From Octopus vulgaris (Eukaryota), in the NCBI GenBank assembly GCA_951406725.2, contig OX597815.1:17980001-18044000 (forward strand): a DNA stretch of 64,000 nucleotides. Direction: 5' to 3'. The notes below the pieces were generated by a model. The model was not told the DNA's origin. It did not search any database and saw only the letters and a list, made by a program, of their open reading frames with translations. Made by a program: the position numbers and the translations under genes. This document shows, in pieces, positions 1 to 12,807 of this stretch; the first letter of the stretch is position 1; every line of letters begins with the position of its first letter.

Positions 1-482
1 ATCCAAGCGTGATTGTTGCCAGAGCAGCCAACTGGGTTCCGTGCCGGTGGCACGTAAAAGGGCACTATTCAAGCGTGATCGTTACCAACGTCGCCTTACT
101 GGCACCTGTGCCGGTGACATGTGTAAAAAGATTCAAGCAAGGTCGTTGCCAGTACCGCCTGACTGGCCCCCGTACTGTGGCACGTAAAAGGGCACCATTC
201 GAGCGTGATCGTTACCAATGTCGCCTTACCGGCACCTGTGCCGGTGGCATATGTAAAAAGATTCGAGTGAAGTCATTACCAGTACCGCCTGACTGGCCCC
301 TGTGCCAGTGGCACGTAAAAAGTACTCACTACACTCTTGGAGTGGTTGGTGTTAGGAAGGGCATCCAGCTGTAGAAACTCTGCCAGATCAAGATTGGAGC
401 CTGGTGCAGCCATCTGGTTCGCCAGCCCTCAGTCCAAATCGTCCAACCCATGCTAGCATGGAAAGCAGACGTTAAACGATGA
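1..482 (+). mobile_element. RTE-clade LINE 3'-UTR fragment (family R) with repeated GTGCC-GGT-GGCAC hairpin modules
   Basis: Ends ...CCCATGCTAGCATGGAAAGCAGACGTTAAACGATGA. The same 3' end directly follows the RTE ORF2 C-terminus at 58516-59785. Confidence 0.8.
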
Positions 483-2280
483 CACACATTCACGGTCATT
501 ATCACTGTTTTTGTGCCAACTTTTTCCATGCTGGCATGAATTGTATGAGACTTCTTGAAGCAGTATTCGGTGGCCGGTTGCCCTTCTTGGATCTGTTTCT
601 TACTTGTTTTCCAGTAATGTACCTAATTCCAGTGTTTTTTCATATGTGAAACAACTGAGCTGTGGGACATGAACAGATGTCATCACTGCCCAAGCACTGT
701 CAAGGAAAAGATATGCATAGACAAATGCACAAACACACACACTCACCTTTACTATAAGATGTTTAAGCGATTGAGTGTGCATGACACTCACTTGCCCCTG
801 AACAAGGCCCCAGACTATTGCAGAGTTCAGCCCCATCTACCACTGGAACTAACTTTCAGCTGATTAAACTGGAATAACTTGAAGTGAAATGCCTTGCTCA
901 AGGACATAAGCCCATTGCAAGAATGGGCATATATGATATGTCCATCCCAAGATTGACCAAACAACTGTGAGCCTAATGTTGTTACTACTAAGCCACAGAC
1001 CAATGATCCAAAGATTGGCTTAAATCTTATTAATAACTATAAAGCTGAAATGCGAAAAAAGGTGTTTGATTTCTTGGTTATTCGTCTCATTTTGGGATGG
1101 GAACGGTTTAAGGGATGGTAGATGGGGTTGGATTGGCACCAAAATTTACACAGTGGGGGGTAAAATGGGGTGAGCAATGGTGTGAGGAGGGTTGCAAGTT
1201 GCTCGGGGCTACCGTTTGGTTGCCATGGTGAGGAATATGGGAAAAATTGAGTTTTATGGGATAGACAGGTTGCGCTGTGAGAATAATGGTGGCTTTTCAT
1301 GTTGCTGCAGGGGCTAGTTAGGCGGTTATCTTTAATTGTGGGTGTAAAAATTTGAGGGATTTTGGAAAGGAAGGGAGGGGTAAAGAAGAGGGCAATAAAA
1401 AGCACCAGGCAAAGAAGACGAACAAAAGAAGAAAGGGAAAAGGAGACAACACGCACAAAATAACACAACCAAAACCCAAGTGAAGCATGGGTCAAAATAG
1501 CTAGTCTATATATAAAAGACAATATTCATGAGAAGAACTTAGGGAACAAATGCAATTGATAGGGTATCATGGAGAGAAAAATATACTTAATTGTACTAAG
1601 CTTACAAAATTCAAATGAGACGAGAGGAAAAGAAATCCCAAAGATGTCTATTATCTCTTCAAGTATTCAAATTATAACTGAGTTTGTTTATGACAGGTCT
1701 TGTTAGTCATTTATGGTTGCAGGAACCAAAGTATGCTAATAAAAAAAAAGGAAAAAAAGAAAGGAAAAAGTGTTTGAAGGAAAAAAAAAGCGATAATTAA
1801 GGAAAGAAAAAAAGATCAACAGATAGAGTGACAAGACTGTGTGTACAAACGTTCAAATGGCACTGTATGAGGAGTGGGGCCCTACTCATTCGTTTTATGT
1901 TTATTGTCCCCACTGTGGTGTTGTGTATGTCCTTGTGATGTCCCCCTCTGTGTTAGTGACCTGAGTGCCAAAATAAAGAATTTATGCTAATAACAAATCT
2001 ATGCAATTTGGAAGAACATCTGCCAATCATATAACAAATATTTTTTTCCATTTGTGATTTGATGAGATGCATGCTTTCACACATTGTCAAACAACTTGAT
2101 CCTGCATAGCATTTAACTGACAGGAGACATTTATACGATAATTATGGTAAAAACTGTCTATCATCAGTGGGACTACAAAGTCATCTTCATTTTGCAGCTC
2201 ATTAACAAGCAATGGTCACATTTCCATTACATGTATGAATTCCAGATTCAGAGTAAATAGCCAAGCTGCCTCATATCTTC

Positions 2281-2495
2281 TTAGTTAGTTAATTTTTTGG
2301 CTCAAAAAGCAAAAAAGCAAGGCCATGTAGGGGGACATGGAGTTATGTACAGGGTGGTGTTCATGTAAAGAGTTCAGGCCACTTGTGGTCAAGGGAAACT
2401 TTGAACCGAGCGGTCGTCAGCATCTTCACCATCTCGTCCGGCAGCTTATTCCACGGATCCGCAACCCGGACAGAGAAAGCCCCTCTCCTTCTTGT
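2281..2495 (-). mobile_element. CR1-group LINE 3' end
   Basis: Minus strand reads RRGAFSVRVADPWNKLPDEMVKMLTTARFKVSLDHKWPELFT* (CR1-type FSxRVxxxWNxLP motif), with a (TAAC)n tail. Second copy at 12172-12339. Confidence 0.8.
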
Positions 2496-3200
2496 CTTGT
2501 CTTGAGACAGCATTCACCCGGGGTGGGTTGAGCTGGCTTCATTCATCCTCACTGTTGCATCTCTTACAAACGCTGACCAGACCTGGCGATTTGAGGCTAA
2601 CGACCGTGTAATCTCCAACCACTCCTTATTCCAGCGGCAAACACCGTAGATATGGGGGCCTAGGTTGGGTTCCAGATTAGCTTTGACTGTCATCAGCCAG
2701 GTTTTTCGTTGTCCACCACATCGCTTTTACCAACCCTGAAGGGGCGCTGGGGAAATTGCTTCGTAGGTTGGGTTCCAGATCAGCCTTGACTATCATCAGT
2801 CAGGTTTTTCGTTGTCCACCACATTGCTTTCCCCAACCCTGAAGGGGAGCTGGGGCAATTGCTTCGTAGGTTGGGTTGCAGATCAGCCTTGACTATCATC
2901 AGTCAGGTTTTTCGTTGTCCACCACATTGCTTTCCCCAACCCTGAAGGGGAGCTGGGGCAATTGCTTCGTAGGTTGGGTTCCAGATCAGCCTTGACTATC
3001 ATCAGTCAGGTTTTTCGTTGTCCACCACATTGCTTTCGCCAACCCTGAAGGGGAGCTGGGGCAATTGCTTCATAGGTTGGGTTCCAGATCAGCCTTGACT
3101 ATCATCAGCCAGGTTTTTCGTTGTCCATCACATCGCTTTCGCCAACCCTGAAGAGGAGCTGGGGCAATTGCTTCGAAGATGAATTCTCCTGCCTCATGTG
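2495..3200 (-). mobile_element. RTE LINE ORF2 C-terminus and 3' end, containing a tandem expansion
   Basis: Minus strand reads ...GGQRKTWLMTVKANLEPNLGPHIYGVCRWNKEWLEITRSLASNRQVWSAFVRDA, with an (AAGAC) tail. Confidence 0.8.
2661..3175. repeat. 5 x 103-bp tandem repeat
   Basis: Units start at 2661, 2764, 2867, 2970 and 3073 (TAGGTTGGGTT...GCTTCG). Confidence 0.95.
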
Positions 3201-3743
3201 ACAAAGGCTAGATAGTAAACCTTTAAAAATTCCTTAGAAGAACCTCTAAGGCAATCTGGTGTTGAACTCAGCACTTTTCCCACAATTTCTGTTGTAAACT
3301 GATGCTAGACAAACTGCTCAGGACTTCTTAGGATGACATCAGTGGGGATGGCTTAGGGGCAATCAACAATACATATGACCCAAGCATATGCCCAAGAGAG
3401 GTTGTTTTGAGTGATTAGTAAGGTAAAACTTCATTATCTAAACATTACCAATACCACATACTTAACATACATATATTGTTTAGATGAAAGAAGCTGCAGT
3501 TTATTGTCCATGAAAACTCCCTTTAAAAATATCTAGATTTAAAAAGCATAGCATACTTCACAGAAAGGCAAAATGAAATTACTCCAGAAGTGGCCATGAG
3601 AGTGGTAAAATACATATTTTGCCGTAGTTACGGCTTATCATTATTGCAGGTTCAAGTCATTTCTGAAACAAAATCTAAATTTCTAGCCGGAAGCATATAC
3701 AGATGATGTAAAATCTATTTGCTGATTAGCAATGGTGTTGCAC

Positions 3744-4618
3744 AAGTTGAATGAATTCGGATTATGCAATAAAAGAACCTCAATATCACAATATTACGAA
3801 AACTAATAAGGAGAGTACAGGAGGCGGTCGAAAAAGAGCAGCTTCAATATATGGCTGAAGTGGGAAGACCAAAAATGGCTTGAAAGTCATAACATGTCGG
3901 CGGGAAATAACATCACTAGGTGAGACAAGCTGACACTGAACCAGCTTCGCTGACTGACAGGTGATGGTCGTTTAGAGAATGCGCGGGCTAAGACTACATG
4001 CCTTCATTGGTCAGTTAAAGTTGAGACAGTGTCATGTGACAACTTGCAGGGGCTGCCTGCTGGAGCCTAGCAGCAGGCATTTAAAGGGAAAAAATTTGAC
4101 AAGGCAGTCAGTCGCCCAATGACGCTCGTTGATGCTACATCGAAGAGGCCAGGGAACAGAAGAAAGAAGAAGAAAGAAGACATGCACCCAACACCAGAGA
4201 TGAAGACACCTCTGAAAGGGGTGGCCTCGCCACGTCAAAACAGTAGAGGAGTAGGGGCCGAAACCAGACATGGTTCCTCCTGATGATGTCTTGAGCTAAC
4301 TGGATCCTATAAAGGAGCTGTTGTGGTAGCAGACCACGAAACACAATTGTAATTCCATACTTAATATACTTGTGCTGTTTAAAGACCATAAGCTGCAGTT
4401 TATCATCCAGAAAAATTCCCTTCAGAGACATAAAGGCGTTTCTCCTAGCTCTGAAGCATATTATATTTTTTAACCTTATATATCTTTAAAGAGTATTTTC
4501 TCAGATGTTAAACTGCAGCTTTTGGCATTTAAACGACACAAATATGAGAAGTATGTGATATCAATAAGGTATGCATTGTAGACCTACTTCTATTGCATAA
4601 TCTGAATTTATTCTACTT
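3744..4618. mobile_element. Unclassified non-autonomous TIR element
   Basis: AAGTTGAATGAATTCGGATTATGCAATAAAAG (3744-3775) is an imperfect inverted match to CTTCTATTGCATAATCTGAATTTATTCTACTT (4587-4618). Interior is GC-richer. Confidence 0.5.
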
Positions 4619-4931
4619 CATTATCTCTTGACAGTGATAAATGCAAAAGCACACACACATAATATAGCTACATACATGGCTAGGCGATGTATATGTGTCT
4701 CTGTGTGTTTCTTTATATTTGTGCTCCAAGAAAGTTGTTCCCTACAAGTAATACTGTCAATTCTATTAGCAAATTAATCGTTTACATCATACCTTCAAAG
4801 ACATATGAAATAGATTCCTTACTTGAGAAATAATTCTTAGTGACAGAAAGGGTATCAGGGTGTAAAATAATGCCTCAATAATATGATCACCTTAAACTAT
4901 TCCCACATGGAAAAGTGGTCACAAATTGAAC

Positions 4932-5339
4932 AGGCACAGGAGTGGCTGTGTGGTAAGTAGCTTGCTTACCAACCACATGGTTCCAGGTTCAGTCCCACTG
5001 CGTGGCATCTTGGGCAAGTGTCTTCTACTATAGCCTCGGGCCGACCAAAGCCTTATGAGTGGATTTGGTAGACGGAAACTGAAAGAAACCTGTCGTATAT
5101 ATGTATATATATATATGTATGTGTGTGTATATGTTTGTGTGTCTGTGTTTGTCCTCCTAGTATTGCTTGACAACCGATGCTGGTGTGTTTACGCCCCCAT
5201 CACTTAGCGGTTCAGCAAAAGAGACCGATAGAATAAGTACTAGGCTTACAAAGAATAAGTCCCGGGGTCGATTTGCTCGACTAAAGGCGATGCTCCAGCA
5301 TGGCCGCAAGTCAAATGACTGAAACAAGTAAAAGAGTAA
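4932..5339 (+). mobile_element. tRNA-derived SINE family A
   Basis: A-box-like TGGCTGTGTGG, B-box-like GGTTCAGTCCC, central TA/TG microsatellite, tail CAGCATGGCCGC...GACTGAAACAAGTAAAAGAG. Confidence 0.9.
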
Positions 5340-5581
5340 ATATCTATATTTTCATTTTAATGTCAACTTTTCCATGTTTCCATGGATCAGACAGTTCATT
5401 GCAACAGATACACTTGCTGTCACCAACCCTCATATCTGACATGTTTCCGAGAAAAGCGATATCTCCCAATGTCTAGATATGTTTCCAGAGAAGATGGAAA
5501 ACAAAAGGACTCTGGTTGCATGGCAACAGTTACACTCATTTACAATTATCACACTATGTTAAGTCAAAGAGACAGTAACAA

Positions 5582-5924
5582 TCACACACACACATACACT
5601 CACATAGAAACACATGCACACACATATATACAAACATGCACACATGTATATACATACACATGCACACAAATATATACATATACATATATACATACACATG
5701 CACACACACATATATACATAAACATATATACATACACATGCACACATATACATAAACATGCACACATATATACATACATATGCACACACATATATACATA
5801 CACATGCACACACATATATACATACACTTGCACACACATATATACATACACATGCACACACATATATACATACACATGCATGCACATATATACACACACA
5901 CCTATATAAATATGCATGTGTGAG

Positions 5925-5960
<36 letters not shown>
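5582..5960. repeat. CA/TA-rich minisatellite (~24-bp unit ACACATGCACACACATATATACAT) plus (CA)n
   Basis: Direct inspection. Explains the alternating-residue ORFs here. Confidence 0.9.
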
Positions 5961-5961
<1 letters not shown>

Positions 5962-6706
5962 GGCTTCTTTCAGCTTCTGTCTGTCAAATTCACTGACCAG
6001 ATTTTGGTCAGCCTAGGCTACTGTATCAGGGCAATTACCCACCCACCCCATAGGACAATTACTCCCAACGTCAACTACCCTCTAGGACAATTATCCCCAC
6101 TTGGTTAATTATCCCCTCTCCAATATATTAAGTTTTAAATCATTATCTGTTGTCCTCGGGAGTAATTGTCTTTGGTGGGGTGGTTTTTGTCTATCAGGGA
6201 TAAATGCCCTAGACTCCAGGCCACAGTAGAAGACATTCGCTGAAGTAATGGAACACGAGGCCATGTAGTTGGGAAGCAAATTTCTTACCACATAGCCATA
6301 CCTGTACACATATATGTATGTGTCCATGTGGCAAATCTTGTAAGTGAAATTGGATGGAGTGTACCTGCTATTCGAAGGTCTAATCATGAAATATTGTATA
6401 GAAATAGCAGTCAAATTTTCCTCAAATTCCATTCTACAATCATACAGATAGAAGGCTATACTCAAATAATGTAGCAATGTATATACAAAACAACTTTATG
6501 GTTACAGCTGGAATGCTTTTAATTATAGCCTACTTGATTAAAACTAATTAGGAACAACAACAACATTTAAAAATGCAAATAGTAAATAATGTAATAAAGC
6601 TAACAAGGTAGCTTCTATGTAGTCACTCAACCTGCTAAAAACACCAGCCAAATAATCCTTCAACCTTAAATCACATTCTCGTCTTAAAAGAAAAGGGAAA
6701 AAAGTT

Positions 6707-6793
6707 TAGATAGATAGATAGATAGAGAGAGAGATAGAGAGAGAGAGATAGATAGAGAGAGAGAGTGAGAGAGAGAGAGAGAGAGAGAGTGAG

Positions 6794-6848
<55 letters not shown>
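6707..6848. repeat. (GA)n/(GATA)n microsatellite
   Basis: Direct inspection. Confidence 0.95.
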
Positions 6849-6850
<2 letters not shown>

Positions 6851-7249
6851 TTTCTTTATTAGCCACACAAAGCTAAACACAGATGGTAGAGCTTTTCTTT
6901 TTGGGGAGGTAAAAAAAAAGGTGGGGTAGGTTTTCGATCAAAAGGGATCGTAAAAAAGGAAAGAAAAAAAAGCCGATCAATAGGGATTGTGTAGACATAC
7001 ATACATACATACATATATACATACAGACAAATTACTTTTTTGTTTTTTTAAGATTACAGTGTGATTTAAAGTTTAGTATTCGTAAGAGGTATAGTGACTA
7101 CATACAAGGTGCCTCATTCACCTTATGTTAAATACTATTAGCATTTTTAAATGCTGTTGTAGAGCAATTCTTGATCAGTTTTAAGCAAGTAGGCTACAAG
7201 CATTCCAGCTGTGACCAGAAAATCTTTTTGTGTGTGTGTGTATATATAT

Positions 7250-7470
7250 TCTTTTATTCTTTTGTTTCAGTCATTTGACTGCGGCCATGCTGGAGCACCG
7301 CCTTTTAGTCGAAAAAATCGACCCCCGAGACTTATTCTTTGTAAGCCTAGCACTTATTCTATCGGTCTCTTTTGCAGAACCGCTAAGTTACAGGGACATA
7401 AATACACCAACATTGGTTGTCAAGTGATCGGGGAGAGGGAACACACAGACAAACACACACACATACTCAT

Positions 7471-7519
<49 letters not shown>

Positions 7520-7655
7520 ACAGGCTTCTGTCTAACAAATCACTCACAAGGCTATAGTAGAAAACACATGCCTAAGGTGCCACGCAGTGGGACTGAACCC
7601 AGAACCATGTGGTTGGTAAGCAAGCTGCTTATCGCACAGCCACTCTTGCACCTAC
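7250..7655 (-). mobile_element. SINE family A
   Basis: Reverse complement of the 4932-5339 element. Confidence 0.85.
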
Positions 7656-7699
7656 ATATATATATATAAACGGACGTTAAACGATGATGATGATGATGA

Positions 7700-7992
7700 T
7701 AGATAAATAAAACTTACTTGGAAAAGGATGCATGGCGTTCAATCATATATAAATAATATATAAATATATGCATATATACATACATATATGTACATACCTA
7801 CATCTATATGTATATATACATGCATATATGGGTAGAGGACATAAAAAAATGTGGAACACAATGAGAAACGAAAATATAGCAAAAACATAGAAATGAACTT
7901 TTTTTTCAAACAATGAAAAAACAGAGTACACGACATACAACACAAGGAATATTCCCCTTCTTCAGTTGTCCCTGTTTTGTCTACCCCGCATT

Positions 7993-8035
<43 letters not shown>

Positions 8036-8158
8036 AGAATTCATGAAAAAAACAAAAGATGAAGACAGGTGTATTAGTATAACGCTCAGGAATTGAAAAA
8101 GTGTTTTACGTTTCGAGCCTATGCTCTTCCACAGAAAGAAACAAGGAGAGAAAAAAAA
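7700..8158. mobile_element. Penelope-like relics interspersed with (TA)n
   Basis: Minus strand 8104-8135 GTGGAAGAGCATAGGCTCGAAACGTA is a decayed hammerhead-like core. Related sequence at 56945-56985. Confidence 0.45.
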
Positions 8159-8159
8159 T

Positions 8160-8545
8160 TCTTTTTATTTGTTTCAATCATTTGACTGTGGCCATGCTAG
8201 AGCATTGCCTTTTAGTCAAACAAATCAACCCTAGGACTTATTCTTCTCAAGCCTGCTACTTATTCTATCGGTCTCTTATGCCAAACCGCTAAGTTACGGG
8301 GACGTAAACATACAACATCGGTTGTCAAGCGATGGTGCGGGACAAACACAGACACATAAATACATACATATATACACACACACACATACGATAGGCTTCT
8401 TTCAGTTTCCATCTACCAAATCCACTAACAAGGCTTCAGTTGGCCCAAGGTTATAGTAGAAGACACTTGCCCAAGATGCTATGTAGCGGGATTGAACCAG
8501 GAACCATGTGGCTGGCAAGCAAGCTTCTTACCACACAGCCACTCC
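8160..8545 (-). mobile_element. SINE family A
   Basis: Matches family A head and tail. Confidence 0.85.
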
Positions 8546-8559
8546 AGTGCATTCTTTTA

Positions 8560-8764
8560 TTCTTTTACTTGATCAGTCAGTTGACTGTGCCCATGCTGGA
8601 GCACTGCCTGTATGGGTTTTTTTAGTTAAAGAAATCAACTCCAGAACTTATTCTTTGTAAGCCTACTACTTATTCTATTGGTCACTTTTATATAAACACA
8701 CCAATATCAGCTGTTAAGCGATAATGGGGAGAGGGGGTAAATGCAGATAAAAGACACACACACA

Positions 8765-8810
<46 letters not shown>

Positions 8811-9002
8811 AAGGCGTCGAGCTGGCAGAAACGTTAGCACACCGGGCGAAATTCGTAGCCATATTTCGTCTGTCGTTACGTTCCGAGTTCAAATTCCGCC
8901 GAGGTCGACTTTGCCTTTCATCCTTTCGGGGTCGATAAATTAAGTACCAGTTACACACACTGGGATCGATATAAGTACCAGTTACGCACTGGGTAGTAAA
9001 GA

Positions 9003-9042
<40 letters not shown>

Positions 9043-9190
9043 GCTTCTTTCAGTTTCTGTCTACCAAATCGGTCTACAATTCTGTCTACTCACAGGGCTA
9101 TAGTAGAAAACACTTGCCCAATGTGCCACACAGAGGGACTGAACCTGGAACCAAATGATTGGGAAACAAGTTTCTTACCACACAGCCTTA
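8560..9190 (-). mobile_element. SINE family A interrupted in its TA run by a family B SINE (8811-9005, +)
   Basis: Family A tail at 8560 and head at ~9190. Insert begins AAGGCGTCGAGCTGGCAGAAACGTTAGC and has B box GAGTTCAAATTCC. Confidence 0.8.
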
Positions 9191-9384
9191 TATATAGAAG
9201 GTTGTTTGTCATGGCTGGTCAGAAGGTGATTTGTCTGACTCAAACTGGCAGGACGAACAACATCATGGTTAGTTTACAAAACAAATGGTCACTCTCTGAC
9301 CAGTCATAACAAACAATCTTCTAAATATACTACTGTTCTGTTTTAGACTGAGCTTCTTTTTCGGATATATGAAATACTGACCAA

Positions 9385-9398
9385 TTATACATACATAC

Positions 9399-9433
<35 letters not shown>

Positions 9434-9610
9434 TATGTAAATGTATGCATATGCATGCACATGTATATGTATGCATGCACATGTATATATATATATATAT
9501 GCATATGTATATATATGCATATGATATATATGCATATGATATATGTATATTATATATGGATATATATATATATGCATATGATATATGTATATTATATATA
9601 TGTGTATGTG

Positions 9611-9648
<38 letters not shown>

Positions 9649-9705
9649 ATATCATATATATATATATATATATGTGTGTATATTATATATATATATATAT
9701 ATATG

Positions 9706-9764
<59 letters not shown>

Positions 9765-9803
9765 ATATATATATATGTGATATTATATATATATATATAT
9801 GTG

Positions 9804-9840
<37 letters not shown>

Positions 9841-9925
9841 TATTATATATATATATATATGTGTGATATTATATATATATTATATATATATATGTGTGTG
9901 AATATTATATATATATATATGTGTG

Positions 9926-9970
<45 letters not shown>

Positions 9971-9990
9971 TATATATATGTGTGTATATT
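9385..9990. repeat. Long compound (TA)n/(TG)n microsatellite
   Basis: Direct inspection. Confidence 0.95.
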
Positions 9991-10368
9991 GTACAACATA
10001 AAAATTATGTGCACTTTCCTTCTTTCCACATTTTTCACAATTCAGCACACCTTTTCATTATACCTACATTGTCCAACCCATGCCAGCATGGAAGGCAGAT
10101 GTTAAATGATGATAATGATGATAATGATCGTGCATGCGCACACACACATACACACGCATGCATGCGCACGCGTGCACACACACACATACACACAGAGTGT
10201 TCGATAAGATGAAATAGTCATAGCTGGAATAATAATTGTGTAAACTAATTAAGGTTAACAGTCATCTGTGGCTTCCGTTGACTGCTTAAGTTTAATGAGA
10301 TTTCATCTGCAACAGACAAAAGCAACCGAATTCAGAGAACGTACAAAAGATTGGGATTTTATTTAAAA

Positions 10369-10772
10369 CTAGCAGTATCGCCCGGCGTTGCTCGGGTTTG
10401 TAAGGGAAATAACTATATAAGCATTTTTAGAGAGTTATAGCCAAAAAATAGCAAAAAAAATGCATTAAAAATGGAAAAAAAATGATGGTAAATTTTTTTT
10501 TAAATCATTGACTCATCGTAGACATTTTTTAGAGAGTTACTTCCCTTATATAATAGCGAAAAAAATGCATTAAAATGGAAAAAAATGATGGTAAATTTTT
10601 TTTTAAATCGTAGACTCATTGTAGACGCGCGCTAATACCCAGAAGGGCTCGATATGAATCACGACAATAAGATACCCGGTTTTGGTTAAAATGCACCGCA
10701 AAATGTGGGAGTAGTTAGGAATCTAAATCGTAGGAGACAGACAGCACACAACATCACTTTTATATATAAAGA
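10369..10772 (-). mobile_element. Non-autonomous Helitron (404 bp)
   Basis: Minus strand: 5' TCTTTATATATAAAAG, 3' hairpin CCCGAGCAACGCCGGG then CGATACTGCTAG. Inserted between A and T with no TSD. Confidence 0.85.
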
Positions 10773-11399
10773 TTAGATTTAAAGATTAGAATAAGATTAA
10801 GTCTAATACTTACATGTATAGCTTACAGACCAGGCCATTACCTTACGTATGCCACAATTCAAAAGTCAACTTTTAAATATCAAAGATTTTATATTTATTT
10901 TGTCAGAAAGTCAGTCCCACATAGCAGTAGTAGTAGTAGTAATAATACTTCAAATACATACAGGAACAATCTGTCACAGGTATTCATTCATATCACAGAC
11001 ATTTTACGACACAATGTGTATGTGTCTATACACAAAAAACATAGATGATATATATTGATTGGTGTAAGTGAATGTCTATCTGTTCCAATGTGTCTACAAT
11101 TTACATCTCGTGAGTAAACAATTGTAGGTGTATGTATGTGTATATAAAAGAAGCTTTGTGCTTCTTATTTTATTTCCCTGTAAAACATGAATGACTTAAC
11201 CACCTGTTACTAACTAGCATAACGTATTTCAAATTGCTCTATTTCAAATTGCTTTCTAGTTTCCATAATTCCAATTTGTATACTCTTATTTAGTAAATTT
11301 GAAAAAAAAAAAAAATAATAAATTCAGATTTCATTCAATTCAATAATGCTTTTACATGCAAGATAAATAATCTTCATTATGGTCAACATAAATCGCTAC

Positions 11400-11547
11400 G
11401 GGTGGTAAGTAGCTTGCTTAACCAACCACATGGTTCTGGGTTCAGTCCCACTGCGTGGCACCTTGGGGAAGTGTCTTCTACTATAGCCTCGGGCCGACCA
11501 AAGCCTTGTGAGTGGATTTGGTAGACGGAAACTGAAAGAAGCCCGTC

Positions 11548-11598
<51 letters not shown>

Positions 11599-11790
11599 AG
11601 TTTGTCCCTCCAACATCACTTAACAACCGATGGTGGTGTGTTTACGGCCCCGTAACTTAGCAGTTTGGCAAAAGAGACCGATAGAATAAGTACTAGGCTT
11701 ACAGAGAATAAGTCCTGGGGGTCGATTTGCTCGACTAAAGGTGCTGCTCCAGCATGGCCGCAGTCAAATGACTGGAACAAGTAAAAGAGA
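11400..11790 (+). mobile_element. SINE family A, followed by a short LINE 3' end (11803-11868)
   Basis: Family A body. Downstream GGCGGTGCCCCAGCATGGCCACAGCTCATTAGCTGAAACT matches the LINE end at 31531-31570. Confidence 0.85.
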
Positions 11791-12171
11791 AAAAAAAGTA
11801 AACATCAAATGGCGGTGCCCCAGCATGGCCACAGCTCATTAGCTGAAACTGGAAAAATCAAAAATCAATACTTCTACATAAGCTTATATTTCTCACAGCA
11901 TGATTATGTCATGACCTCAACTTAGATTTCAAATGGGTCAGATTTTAAACTATTGCATTCTGTTTTCCTTCAGTCGTCAAAATTGTTCTGGCGAAAATGA
12001 CAAGCAATAGATAATCTTAATGTTCTGTAGACTCCCTGAGAACTCTGACTCTCTCATATCCTTCATTAGGCCTATGGGTAACAGATTACACTGGAGCACC
12101 CTCACTCCCTACCCTGGTACCCTATAACTTTGTCTTTCTGTACAGCCAGCTGTCACTCACTCTTCTCTGGG

Positions 12172-12339
12172 CTGGAACAAGCTGCCAGACGAGATGGTGA
12201 AGATGCCGACGACCGCTTTGTTCAAAGCCTCCCTTGACCTCAAGTGGCCTGAACTCTTTACATGAACACCACCCTGTACTTAACTCCATGTCCCCCTACA
12301 TGGCCTTGCTATTTGCTTTTGAGCCAAATTAACTAACTA
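12172..12339 (+). mobile_element. CR1-group LINE 3' end
   Basis: WNKLPDEMVKMPTTALFKASLDLKWPELFT*; same family as 2281-2495. Confidence 0.8.
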
Positions 12340-12807
12340 TCACTCACCCCTACCTTTGTCCACCTCTCTAATTATCAATCACTCACCTTCCAACTTCACC
12401 CCCAAAATCCTGGATGGGGGTGGGGTGGGGCAGAGATCAAATTTCATCATATTCTTGCTCCCTTTTCCCCACCACCCATTGTACTAGCCCTTCTCAAATC
12501 ATCACTCTCTCTCCACTTTCCTTCCTCAAGAACTTGAGCAAATATACAGGCCCTGCATTATCGAGTACTCACTACATCGACAGTCTTGTCCCTCTCGGCA
12601 ACCGTTTCTGCTATCATTGCACTCTCTCCTATTTCCCTCACCAGTTCACATCTTAGGTTACTGAGTACTCTATGTAATATGTACTACAAAGCACTCCTGT
12701 GCTGGTGCTATGACAGAACCTCCACCCTTCTGTGTTCCCTCTACAGTGATCAGTAAGGAAAAAAACCCTCTCTAGTACTGGTACCTTGAAAAAATACAAC
12801 CAGTACA

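Noticed and set aside
41-320. CRISPR-like array (palindromic repeats with spacers)
   Set aside because: Eukaryotic context, no cas genes, spacers are related to each other, and the array is the 3' UTR of an RTE LINE.
1037-1522. 161-aa ORF with a hydrophobic N-terminus
   Set aside because: Arises from purine/pyrimidine strand bias, probably an old retroelement relic; no recognisable family.
9269-10212. YI/HT/CV-rich ORFs (also 5382-6108, 38757-39133 and 55442-56186)
   Set aside because: Dinucleotide-repeat translations.
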